A stretch of DNA of 64,000 bases, taken from NCBI GenBank assembly GCA_951406725.2, contig OX597831.1:25358001-25422000 (forward strand), given 5' to 3'. The stretch comes from Octopus vulgaris (Eukaryota). Position numbers and translations under genes: made by a program. Below the pieces are notes generated by a model that had not been told where the DNA came from, made no database searches, and saw only the letters and a program-made list of their open reading frames with translations. Of this stretch, positions 13,320 through 25,103 are shown in pieces (position 1 is the stretch's first letter; each line of letters begins with the position of its first letter).

Positions 13320-13510
13320 TCGAAAAATACCTTAGGAATGAGAACACAGGTTTGAAATTTCTCCAAGCCACCTGATGAAGGCTGGAGGGTATTTCAGCCG
13401 AAACGTTGTGTTAACAACAAACAAGATGAGGATAAACATCCTTCGAATGTAAATAATATAAATAATGTAAATAATATAAATAATGTAAATAATATAAATA
13501 ATGTAAAATA
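13212..13510 (+). mobile_element. tRNA-headed SINE-like element carrying a hammerhead motif
   Basis: Box A-like TGGCGTAGTGG fused to box B-like GTTCGATTCC, then (AAT)n, the hammerhead motif, and a (TGTAAATAA/TATAAATAA)n tail. Confidence 0.65.
13369..13410 (+). ncRNA. Minimal type I hammerhead ribozyme motif
   Basis: CAC-CTGATGA-A-GGCTG-GAGGGTATTT-CAGCC-GAAAC-GTT-GTG. Intact core, stem I CAC/GTG, stem II GGCTG/CAGCC, palindromic stem III AACGTT, GUU triplet. Confidence 0.75.
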
Positions 13511-13583
13511 AGAACCAGGTGAACACTGGGGTTGATTTAATCATGAAATTGCTGGTTGCATGCTATAATCAAAAATCATTATT

Positions 13584-13790
13584 AAGGCATTGAGCTGGCA
13601 GAATTGTAAGCATACCAGACAAAATGCGTAGTGACATTTCATCTATCTTTTATGTTCTGAGTTCAAATTCCGCCAAGGTTGACTTTGCCGTTCATCACCT
13701 CGGGGTCAACAAAATAAATACCAGTAAAACACCAGAGTTAATGTAATTGATTTCCCCACCCCTCAGAATTACTGGGTTTGTGCCAAAATT
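13584..13790 (+). mobile_element. SINE family B
   Basis: AAGGC..GAGCTGGCAGAA head, GAGTTCAAATTC box B, GACTTTGCC-TTCATC..GGGGTC..AAATAA.TACCAG central domain. Confidence 0.85.
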
Positions 13791-13963
13791 ATCAAGAATT
13801 ATTATTATTAAGATAGTAAGCTGGCAGAAACATTAACATTCTAAGTGAAATGCTTAGCAGTTTTCATCCAGGATTTTGTCCATTTTTACATTCTGAGTTC
13901 AAATTCTGCCGATAAGGTGGTGAGATGTAATCTAAAGGTGATTTGGCTCTTATTTTTAGCAGG

Positions 13964-14250
13964 CTGACTCTGAGAGTAAATTAAAAACATTCCAGGCCAA
14001 ATCCAGACCCACAATCCTAAAATGTTGGATTCCCAAGTTTTAATTAATCTGATAGTTTCCAGCGATTCTTTTACGTGACCTTTTGTGACAAATGTTTTGT
14101 ACGATGACAATTTTTACAATCAAAAGGCTAACTCCATGAGTAAATTAACAATATTCTAGGCCAAATCCGGACCTGCAATCCTGAAATTTTGGATTCCTAT
14201 GTTTTCATTACTATGATTGTTTACAGCGATATTTTTTACATGATTTTTTT
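13964..14250. repeat. Diverged tandem duplication (~165-bp unit, 2 copies)
   Basis: GAGTAAATTAA.AA.ATTC.AGGCCAAATCC.GACC..CAATCCT.AAAT.TTGGATTCC occurs at ~13974 and ~14138. Confidence 0.8.
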
Positions 14251-14492
14251 GCACCTAATATGATCATCATCAGGATATGACTCTGGAGGAAGCAATTGCA
14301 ACAAATTCTCCAAAACAAGTCAGATATCTGTTTACAGATCTTCCTATTCAGGGTCAGTTGCTTAGAAGCTATATACTAGTTTAAATTCTGCCTTATTGGG
14401 ATCATTTTTAAGCTCGTGTATATGTATATATATATTTCGTAATGAGATAGAAAACCAAGGCTGTGTAGATTTTAGAAATTTATAGATAGAAA

Positions 14493-14540
14493 GTCTTACA
14501 GCTGTTTCCAGGATATTTATTATATCCCTTCATCGGAGAG
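14493..14540 (-). ncRNA. Minimal type I hammerhead variant
   Basis: Minus strand: TCT-CCGATGA-A-GGGATAT-AATAA-ATATCCT-G-GAAAC-AGCT-GTA-AGA. U4C core change, palindromic stem III ACAGCTGT; module 14435-14725 lies between TA tracts. Confidence 0.7.
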
Positions 14541-14721
14541 GGTGTGAGAGGATGGTTAAGAAATAGTTAATTTAGATAAGATATAAAATAGAGAGTGAGG
14601 TGGAGGAAATAAAAGAAAATAGATATGTGATATGTAGGGATATTGCATTTGTAGATCCATTTTTTTTTAGGCAGAATGATATACATATAATATTCCAATA
14701 CCTTGTGAATAAAATCCAATA

Positions 14722-14790
<69 letters not shown>

Positions 14791-14792
14791 AT

Positions 14793-14935
14793 AGGGTTCT
14801 TTCAGTTTATGTCTTCCAAATTCATTTGCAAGGCTTTGGTCAGCCCGAGGCTATAGTAGAAGCCACTTGCCCAAGGTGCCACACAATGAGACTGAACCCG
14901 GAACCATGTGGTTGGGAAGCAGGCTTCTTACCACA
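14793..14935 (-). mobile_element. SINE family A fragment
   Basis: Matches the family A 5' half. Confidence 0.8.
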
Positions 14936-15439
14936 TATATTTTTTATACTGTCTACATGAATAACAGGCAGTGCAGAAAAATTTATAAAGAAAACACATG
15001 GTACTGTATACAACAAAAGAACCCAGACATTCCTTGATAACATCAGTGGTGCCAGTACAGCTGGAGGGAGCTAACAACGTTGGAAGGTGCCAAAATCATT
15101 GTGATCTTCAGTCCAACAGCTGATAAACTGAATGCCCCGTGGTGCAAGTTGTTTATAAAGTATAGATTAATAATAAATATCTGTATTTCTCTCAGCTTGT
15201 ATGCGTTTATGTAAACATGAATGTATTTATATTTATATATCGTATGTACATGTTATATATAGTAAATATATGTAACATCAATAATGTGTGAGTGTATGTG
15301 TGTGTGTGTGTATGCGTATACCATCAGCATCATCAACATTTAAGTTCTGCTTTCCATGCTGGCATGGGTTGGACGGCTTGACAGGAAATGGTAAGGCCAG
15401 GGACCACACCAGGACTCATAGTCTGTTGTGGCTTGGTTT

Positions 15440-15672
15440 CTTATTTCTTTATTACCCACAAAGGGCTAAACATAGAGGGGACAAACAAAGACAGACAAAG
15501 GGATTAAGTCGATTACATCAATCCCAGTGTGTAACTAGTACTTAATTTATCAACCCCGAAAGGATAAAGGGCAAAGTCGACCTTGACGGAATTTGAACTC
15601 AGAACGTAACGGCAGACGAAATATTGCTAAGCATTTCGTCCGGCATGCTAACATTTCTGCCAGGTTGCCGCC
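15440..15672 (-). mobile_element. SINE family B inserted into a family C copy, ~19-bp TSD
   Basis: CTGTTGTGGCTTGGTTTCT (15423-15441) and CTGTTGTAGCTTAGTTTCT (15672-15690) flank it. Confidence 0.85.
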
Positions 15673-15701
15673 TGTTGTAGCTTAGTTTCTACAGCTGGAT
15701 G

Positions 15702-15745
<44 letters not shown>

Positions 15746-15747
<2 letters not shown>

Positions 15748-16082
15748 GAAATATTAAAATTACTAAGTCTCTCTAAAAGAGATCACGGCAGCGTTCCTGG
15801 AAAATAATAGTTATTGCCATACTAATATGGCATTCTTATAAAAATAAGAATAAAGCTGTCCGCTTATTAGCTCCATGAGGCCATCGCCTTAAGTTAGCTA
15901 TTTGATACACAAACTGTATCCATATAACCTTCGAACAAGTGTGGAGCGACTGACCTCCCTTGTTCGAAGGTTATATGGATACAGTATCAAATAGCTAACT
16001 TAAGGCGATGGCCTCATGGAGCTAATAAGCGGACAGCTTTATTCTTATTTTTATAAGAATGCCATATTAGTATGGCGATAAC

Positions 16083-16088
<6 letters not shown>
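15746..16088. repeat. (TA)n-embedded structured repeat with snap-back palindrome
   Basis: Arms 15804-15939 and 15959-16088, 19-nt spacer, one 6-bp indel. Homologous single copy at 44179-44394. Confidence 0.85.
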
Positions 16089-16135
<47 letters not shown>

Positions 16136-16138
<3 letters not shown>

Positions 16139-16348
16139 GGTGGCCCAAATGTAGGTTTACAGTTATTCAACTATCTCTTTCGCTTTCATATATTAACAGT
16201 TTAGATCTTAAACATTAAAAAAATATGAAACCATTATTCTATGATAATTTAGTTAAATGTAAGATAGAAATTTAAATGCAATAAAATATTTTAACCAAAA
16301 TTTAAAGTGCCAACGTGATAACTGTAAACCTACTTTTGGACCACCCTA
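16136..16348. mobile_element. Tc1/mariner-superfamily MITE
   Basis: TA-CAGGGTGGCCCAAATGTAGGTTTACAGTTAT ... ATAACTGTAAACCTACTTTTGGACCACCCTA-TA. Confidence 0.85.
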
Positions 16349-16455
16349 TATATACATATGATTGCACACACACACACACACATACATATACATACACACT
16401 TATAAACTTACATATTTACATATGTATATGCATTACTTCTGAAGGTACAAACATC

Positions 16456-16489
<34 letters not shown>

Positions 16490-16567
16490 GTGGTAAGAAA
16501 ACAAATGTTAAAGAACTTATAGAATATATACTAAAATACTATGTCGTCATCAACATCATCATCATAG

Positions 16568-16611
<44 letters not shown>

Positions 16612-17055
16612 GTCATCGTCATCGTTTGCTTACAGGAAGTTCAACTGGGGCCAGGACTGATATAACCTATAAATACAAGGAAATTACATTCTCCTTAATG
16701 TTGATAGCATGCATGAATATACATACATATATATATATATAATATAAATATAACGTGTGTGTGTGTGTGTGTGGTGTGTGTATAGTTCGGTGTATAAGAG
16801 CAGCTTAAATGTAGGTAACACCGCAAGAAATCTGAGAATTGCATATCAAACATGTAAATATTTTGTTAACTTCCCACCGTCTTGAAATTCAATGTCAGAC
16901 ACACTTAACCACATTAAAGGGGGGAAAAAACGCAGATGAATATATACATGTGTGTGTGTGTGCATGTGCATGTTTGCATATATGATATTATGTATGTGTA
17001 AATTCATATATATATATATATATATACATATATACATATATATATATATATGTAC

Positions 17056-17136
<81 letters not shown>

Positions 17137-17592
17137 CATGTATGTATCTATGTATGTTTATATATCTATCCATTTATTTATGTCTTTATTTGTTGCTGTG
17201 TGTATGTGACTGTGTGCATTTATGTGTGTGTCTATATACAAGGGTTTAGCTAATGTTCAAGTACGTATCTTACCATACACATGCCAAGCAATGTTTACGA
17301 GTTTATACATTTCACCTATGTGGGTGTATAATTTTATGTAGGCTGCATGTATACAAAATTGTCTGTCTGACTGTCTGTCTGTCTGTATGTATGTATGTAT
17401 GTATGTATGCATGTACCTGAACACATACATATACAAGCTTGTACTTTGTCATTGAACATTGGGATCTGTAATTTTTGTCTTGTGTATGTGTACATACACA
17501 CAATTTTCTGTGTCTACATTTGTGTATATACACTTATTACTGATTAAATTCTTCCGTGTCTGTATATACACACATACAAGTATGCATATATA

Positions 17593-17640
<48 letters not shown>

Positions 17641-17907
17641 AGGGGGAATATTCCTTGTGTTGTATGTCTTGTACTCTGTTTTCTCGTTGTTTGAAAAATA
17701 GTTTGTTTCCATGTTTTTGTTCTTATGTTTTCGTTTCTCATTGTGTTCAACGTTTTTTTGATGTCCTGTACCCATATATGCATGTATATATACATATAGA
17801 TGTAGGTATGTACATATATGTATGCATATATATGCATATATTTATATACTATTTATATTATTATATGTTTGAATGCCACGCATCCTTTTCCAAGTAAATT
17901 TTATCTA

Positions 17908-17958
<51 letters not shown>

Positions 17959-18505
17959 GTGTGTGTGTGTGTGTGTGTATGTTTGTATGTAAAGAATTGT
18001 GTGTATGTGTGTTAATGCATATTGATATAAAACAAAGAAACTAGAGCCGTCTCTGGAAACATAGACAGTTGCTAAGAAGATTTCTATCACAGAAGCAGCT
18101 TATATAAATAGAGCTTTGCACTTGACTTGTTCCGTAATATCTTTGTTGTGCTGAAACATATGCCAGTGGGTGTATATAGTTTGGCACTTAGATTCACCCT
18201 CAATTTCTCACCCGGGCCATATGGTGCTAACAATACATCAGATAATATCCATGATAATAACATACATGTTTTGTATCATGTCTCTTCTCCTCCACACTTC
18301 TATCGCTCTCTGTCAAGGCAGAGTGCAAATATATATTTATTTACTACATGCGATATCATAAGATCTATATAACATGTATTTCCTTTAGCTTTGTGTTTGT
18401 TTTTTTTTATTTTATATTCAATTTTTTTCTTTTTTAACTTTTGAGAAACCTGGGTACATGTGTGTTTTTGAGTATGTGTGCTATACATGTGTGATTGTAT
18501 GTTTT

Positions 18506-18539
<34 letters not shown>

Positions 18540-18556
18540 TGTATGTGTGATACATA

Positions 18557-19503
18557 AAGGCACATGGTTCTGTGGTCAGAGCATCAGGATCACAATCATG
18601 ACATACTGAGTTCAATTCCCAGACTGGGCTATGTGTTGTGTTCTTGAGCAAGACACTCATGTTGGTGCCACATTAAAAGCACTGGTGCTGGTGCCACATA
18701 AAAAGCACTGACGCTGGTGCAAAATTAAAAGCACTGATACTGGTGCCACATAAAAATGCACTGATGCTGGTGCCACATAAAAATGCACTGATGCTGGTGC
18801 CACATTAAGAGTACTGGTGATGATGTCCCTTAAAAAGCACTCATGTTGGTGCCACATTAAAAGCACTGACGCTGGTGCAACGTTAAAAGCACTGATACTG
18901 GTGCCACATTAAAAGTACTGATGCTGGTGCCACATAAAAATGCACTGATGCTGGTGCCACATTAAGAGTACTGGTGATGATGTCCCTTAAAAAGCACTCA
19001 TGTTGGTGCCACATTAAAAGCACTGATACTGGTGCCACATTAAAAGCACTGATGCTGGTGCCACATAAAAATGCACTGATGCTGGTGCCACATTAAGAGT
19101 ACTGGTGATGATGTCCCTTAAAAAGCACTCATGTTGGTGCCACATTAAAAGCACTGGTGCTGGCACCACATTAAAAGCACTGGTGCTGGTACCACATTAA
19201 AAGCACTGGTGCTGGTGCCACATAAAATGCACTGATGCTGGTGCAACATAAAAATCACTGATGGTACCACATAAAATGCACTCATGCTTGTCCCACATTA
19301 AAAGCACTGGTGCTGGTTCCATATAAAATGCTCATGGTATACATTGTTAAGTGGTTGACATTAGGAAGAGCATCCAGCCATAGAAACCATATCCGAAAAG
19401 ACAGTGGGGTCTAGTGCAGCTCCCAACCTTATCAGCTCTGGTCAAACCATCCAACCCATGCCAGAAAGGAAAGCAGACGTTAAATGATAATGATAACAAT
19501 GAT
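18557..19503 (+). mobile_element. Chimeric SINE: family D tRNA head + ~26-bp minisatellite + family C tail
   Basis: Head 18557-18657 (GAGTTCAATTCC, GTTCTTGAGCAAGACACT); array of GGTGCCACATTAAAAGCACTGATGCT 18657-19340; tail GTGGTTG..ATTAGGAAG.GCATCCAGCC...GACGTTAAATGATAATG. Confidence 0.8.
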
Positions 19504-20867
19504 GTTTCATGAAGGCACTTTTGTGGATTTCATGCTCCCCGAACCTTCTGGAAATGGTCACTCACCACTGCTATAGAATCAAATGGTTCAGTATACCAGC
19601 CATGAAACAAAGAGAATAAAAAAATTTTCAAAGCAAATAAATAAATCTAACGTTCTGTTGTATTTTTCTCCATTATTACTTTTTCCCTAATCAGATTTCT
19701 GATTAATGAAATTATTCCAAGTCAATTAATTGTCATTTTATAAATAGAAGCTATTATGTTATTAATCTGAGATCCACAGAGTAACAACTAAACTTTATTG
19801 AATTGCTTTATGACATTTACAGTGTGTTGGCTGAGGTCACACAACACAAAAACCAGTGTCAGATTGGGAACTGTTGTTGTTGTAGTTGTTGTTTTGTATC
19901 AAGTCAATTCTAATTAAGTAGACCTATAATCAGCATCATATCAACCATGACCATCCCCACTTTCTGTATATCCAAAATTACACTGAGCAGTGTTTCCCTA
20001 AGTTTTCAATTCAGTGGTGAGGAAATTGAGCAAGATTTGACTGCTGTTCTTAGCATATCAAGCAACTGTTTAGAGGTTGGTTGACTTAGTTAATCATAGA
20101 TTTTTAATGAGATTCCCAGCATCTGTGAAGTGGGAGTTTCCACTTGATCTATTAACTTGCTAGAGATGGCCACCAAATCACACTTTGCTAGCTCAGAGAA
20201 AGGAAGGACACATCGAGTAATGTATCCATAGATTCATTATGCCTCAAAAACAGAGAATGATCAAAGCTGGAATGCCTTTCATCACAGATCTTCTTAATCT
20301 GGACTGATCTGGAGATAAAGAACACCAACAACTTTATCAAAGTTAATTTCCAATTTAGCTCTCTCTTTTTTTTTTATTCTTTAAAGTTGGAATGGCACAG
20401 AGTGAGGAGGCCCCTAATGATTTAGGACAGAGCCTTTACCAGAGGGACAAAATATTAAATTTTTTTGTCTTTCTAAGATCAAGAGACAATCCCAAAACTC
20501 AGATCCCTCAACTGTCCATACTCTACAAAACTATTCAATACCCACAAAACTTACATCTCCTTAGGAGGGTTGCTGGGGTAAAGTCCCCATGCACCTCTTC
20601 CATAGGGTCCTTCAAAAGCAGCCACCGTTAAATTTTCTGGTTTGATTCCCAAGTGCAGCCAACTATGATTATCGATATTACCCAATCATCTATTCCTGGT
20701 CTAACCCGAAGCTACCTGCCACTTTGCTTGGCTTAAAGAATCCATCTTAAAATTCTTTCCAGCAACATTGTAACCACATGTCTGTAGCTCCAGAGCTGTA
20801 GCTTCTCCAGGCAGATATATAGTAGCTTAATTTGGAGAGATTCCTTCAGCCTTGGGCTATATACCCT

Positions 20868-21241
20868 GTTTCGTGCCGATGGCACGTTAAAAACACCATT
20901 CAAGCGTGATCATTATCTGCATCGCCTTACTAGCACTTGTGCTAGGGGGACGTGAAAAAACATTCAAGCGAGGTCATTGCCAGTGCTGCTGGACTGGCTC
21001 CTATGCAGGTGACACATAAAAAGCACCATTTGAGTGTGGCCATTGCCAGTACCACCTAACTGGCCCTGGTGCTGGTGGCATGTAAAAGCACTCTCTACAC
21101 TCTCGGAATGGTTGGCGTTAGGAAGGGCTTCCAGCTGTAGAAACTCTGCCAGATCAGATTGGAGTCTGGTTTTCCAGACCTCAGTCAAATTGTTCAACCC
21201 ATGCTAGCATGGAAAGCGGACGTTAAACGATGATGATGATG
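20868..21241 (+). mobile_element. SINE-like family C
   Basis: Tandem units plus conserved 3' part and (GAT)n tail. Confidence 0.85.
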
Positions 21242-21469
21242 TTGATTGCCGCAGAAATCCCCCCAAGGAACCCTATTTTGGCCACTTTTAGTCATAGGTG
21301 TACTCTTTCAATAATTAACCAATATAGTAAAAATTATCCAATACCACATATATCTATGTATGATTTTTGCCAAAAGCAGATTTTATCTGGTTCAAGGATC
21401 TAAAAAACAATTTCTTCTTTTGTTTTATTATTTGCTGTGATACTTATGTTCCATGTTGATCTTCAGTTT

Positions 21470-21506
21470 ATATATTCTGTTTATTTTCTTTTACTTTCAG
21501 GTGAGT
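21470..21506 (+). promoter_or_regulatory. Candidate recursive splice site (3'SS abutting 5'SS)
   Basis: TTCTGTTTATTTTCTTTTACTTTCAG|GTGAGT: long pyrimidine tract, YAG at 21498-21500, immediately followed by a consensus donor. Confidence 0.5.
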
Positions 21507-21799
21507 GAAACATTTATTTTTTACCAGACATTTTGGTGAAACTGCTGAGTAAGCCAGGCCAGGTTTGACATATTTGATTTTTTAAACTTAAAATAACAAT
21601 GCCCTCAAAATATAACACAGAGAGTGCCAGCCTATTGGTTGAAGGGTCATCATTTTTGTACATTGCCACATGTAGTCAGTTACCTATCAAAAGTAGCTTA
21701 AAGATTTTCTCTGTTAAGTCTTCAGATTAAGTTTTCTGCTCATAAAAGGTTAAACAATGGAATCACTTTTGAAGGGTGGATCAGAAGTTATGGTTTTAC

Positions 21800-22093
21800 C
21801 AGCGCTGCCTTGACTGGCTTCTGTACCTGTTGCACGTAAAAAGCACCAACCGATCATGGCCGCTGCCAGCACCCCCACCCCCGGCACCTGTGCTGGTGGC
21901 ACGTAAAAAGCACCCACTACACACACAGAGTGGTTGGCATTAGGAAGGGCATCCAGCTGTAGAAACACTGCCCCAGATCAGACTGAAGCCTGGTGCAGCC
22001 TCCTCTGGCTTCCCAGACCCCGGTTGAACTGTCCGACCCATGCTAGCATGGAAAATAGACGTTAAACGATGATGATGATGATGATGATGATGA
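21800..22093 (+). mobile_element. SINE-like family C
   Basis: Conserved 3' part and long (GAT)n tail. Confidence 0.85.
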
Positions 22094-22577
22094 TAACACA
22101 ATTGGTGAATAATAAAACAATTGCTTAGAAAGGTGTTTCCGTAAGCTGTAGCAAAACAGATATCACAAGAGAATTTGTAAAGCTCTCGTTTTTGTTTCCG
22201 TTTATTTGCTAATAATTACATCCTTCGCATACACATGTGCACACACATACAAACTCAGATATGGCATTTGTAGTGACTTGACCAACTGTGAATCCCACTC
22301 AAATGCATTAATCAAATCTGCAGTTATGGTGGATGACACTTTCCAAATACTATATCATCATCATCATTTAAAATGTGTTTTCCATGCTGGCATAAGTTTG
22401 ACAGTTTGACTGAAGCTGGTAAGCCAAAGAGTTGCACCAGGTTCTGGTCATCTGTTATGGCTTGGTTTCGACAGCTGGATGCCATTCTTAATGCCAACCA
22501 CTTAACAGAGTATAGTAGATGTATTTTACATGACACTGGCATGGGTGTCCTTTATGCATCACTGGTATGGCTGCCAT

Positions 22578-22811
22578 AAGGCGGCGAGCTGTCAGAAACG
22601 TTAGCACACCAGGCGAAATGCTTAGCGGTATTTCATCTGCTGCTACGTTCTGAGTTCAAATTCCACTGAGGTCGACTTTGCCTTTCATCCTTTCGGGGTC
22701 AATTAAATAAGTACCAGTTACGCACAGGGATCGATATAATTGACTTAATCCGTTTGTCTGTCCTTGTTTGTCCCTTCTGTGTTTAGTTCCTTGTTGGTAG
22801 TAAAGAAATAG
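22578..22811 (+). mobile_element. SINE family B, full length, nested in a family C copy
   Basis: Near-consensus B; C-related sequence on both sides (22355-22575, 22812-22950). Confidence 0.85.
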
Positions 22812-23288
22812 GTTTGGGTGTCGTGTCACTAGCATGTGTGCCTTTTATGTGTTACAAGCACAGGTGCCCTTTTCCACATCACCAGCACTGGCCACAACCG
22901 CAATTTCACTTAGTTTGACATGTCTTCTCAGACACAGCAAATCACCCAAATCCAGAATCATGTTTGCAAAGTGGCTACATCTTGAAACGACTGCAGATTC
23001 TGTCCATTTACTGTTTAAACCTATCTTTCTTTAGTGCATCAAAGCTTGTAATATAGGCTCAATTTTGCAGGTCAAACCCAGGAGAAAACTTTTGAGACAT
23101 TCTTTTAAGGAAGAAAAGAAGTGTGCTGTATATGCCAGACTGAAGGCTAAGCAGGCCAAGACTTCAAAGTCCCTGTTAGCACTATTTTGTTAAAGAATAA
23201 TAAATATATACTCTACAAAGTGTATTGAGTAATCAGTCAGTTTAATGTAAAATTGCTGTTCATTATAACTCATTATAAAAGCAAATAT

Positions 23289-23327
<39 letters not shown>

Positions 23328-23859
23328 TATACATATGTACACACATATACATATATGTGTGTGTATATATATATAGAGAGAGAGAGAGACAGACAGATAG
23401 AAACACACATATATATAAATACACACACACGCATGCACACAGTTCTGTGTGTGTGAATGTCAAAGGTTTAAGTCTACGCTCCTACAATATGTGTGTTTTG
23501 CGTATAATTTTAATGATGGCAACATTGGAAAGTGAATGCAGATCTGGCATTTGGAATATTAATATTGTGAATGTTAAAGGGTTAAATCCATCATGCAATA
23601 TGAAAGCTATCCTGGTCTTTGTAAACTTAATGAGAAAAAGGACAGAAAAAAAAAAACCTTTAAATGTAAAAAATGCTGTAATTTCACCATTTCACTCTTC
23701 TGTTCATTACAGCCTGTTCACTAATTACATCTTGATAGATAAAACAATTGTCCAGAGATCATATAAATAGGGAAGCTCTTAGTGTATTGTTAATCAGAGA
23801 TCCTCAGAGTAATAACCAAAGTCTGTTGGATTTACTTCTATTATTCATTCGTTTTGGTT

Positions 23860-24420
23860 AAGGCATCTGGCAGAATAATTAGCATGACAGGCAGAATGCT
23901 TGCGAGCATTTCATCTGCCTTTATGTTCTGAGTTCAAATTCTGCCGAAGTTCATTTGCCCTTTATCCTTTCAGGGTCGATGAAATAAGTAGCATCTGAGT
24001 TCTGGTGGGGGTCAATGTAATTGACTAAACCCCTACCTCCAGCCTTCTTGACCTTGTCTCAAAATTTTAAGTTATTTTTGATTTATTTTGATTAAAGCAG
24101 CTGGCAGGATCATTAGAATGTCAAGCAAAATGCTTAATGGTATTTCATACCATTTCATACCAAAGGTGGCGAGCTGGCAGAGTCGTTAGCGAAATGCTCA
24201 GTGGTATTTCATCTGCCGCTACGTTCTGAGTTCAAATTCCGCCGAGGTTGACTTTGCCTTTCATCCTTTCGGGATCGATTAAATAAGTACCAGTTATGCA
24301 CTGGAGTCGATATAATTGACTTAATCCGTTTGTCTGTCCTTGTTTGTCCCCTCTGTGTTTAGCCCCTTGTTGGTAGTAAAGAAATAGGTGTTTCATCCGT
24401 CTCTACATTCTGAGTTCAAA
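23860..24420 (+). mobile_element. Cluster of nested SINE family B copies
   Basis: Diverged B at 23860-24070; young full B at 24163-24387 interrupts another B (24095-24150 / 24388-24425). Confidence 0.8.
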
Positions 24421-24794
24421 TTTGACTCTTCCCTCAATTGATTGTCATAAGACCAGTTAACAAAGGTTCTTCTGGGTGCCTGACTCAATGACCAGTAATT
24501 CGCATTCTTCTCTACTGTTCTACTCCCAATAACCAGTAGAGTTCTTTGGTGTGAATCTGTCTGAGATAAAGCATGCAGCAATACAGCTTCTGGCCATAAT
24601 TTTTCATAAACATTTTGACAGCAAATGTTTGATATGCACTGATCAAAACCAGAATGGTGACTATCAAAATACAATAAAACATGAGACACAATTTTCACCC
24701 ACCTTACTTCAAGAGTCCTATGTAAAGCATGGGAAGTTTTTCTCTGGCCCTCTGTACATAACAATTCATTAGCAAAAACAGGAGGTATAAGACA

Positions 24795-24960
24795 GCTTAA
24801 AAAGCTGTGGGTCCTTGAAACCCAGGCTATTGCAGTAACTGGTCCTGAAGCGCAATGGCATTGCTGGGATCTTTGGCACTATGCAGTGGCATCCTGTTCT
24901 GGCATTGGTGTAGCTTTCAATGCTGAAATTTGGCACACTTCCCTCCAGGATTTGTATATA
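24795..24960 (-). pseudogene. LINE ORF2 C-terminal fragment (same family as 34290-34735)
   Basis: ILEGSVPNFSIESYTNARTGCHCIVPKIPAMPLRFRTSYCNSLGFKDPQLF is nearly identical to the 34294 ORF. Confidence 0.75.
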
Positions 24961-25103
24961 GTGCATGTATAATTTGTATATATAATTTCTGTAATTAATA
25001 TTGACAAATAAGCAAACTAACGAATATTCCCAGTATTAAAAATGGTATTTGGTTAATGTTTGAAGAAACACAAAATTGTCAGCTGGCAATATTAATCAGA
25101 CAT

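Noticed and set aside
18068-18170. Hammerhead-like AAGAAGA…GAAAC-ATAT-GCC
   Set aside because: Core, cleavage triplet and stem II are all degenerate; possibly an old remnant but not supportable.
18657-19340. CRISPR-like regular repeats
   Set aside because: Units are contiguous with no unique spacers, there are no cas genes, and the context is a eukaryotic SINE.
23071-23193. TTTTGCAG acceptor followed by 40 open codons (VKPRRKLL…)
   Set aside because: Short pyrimidine tract with a nearby upstream AG, and an unrecognised peptide.
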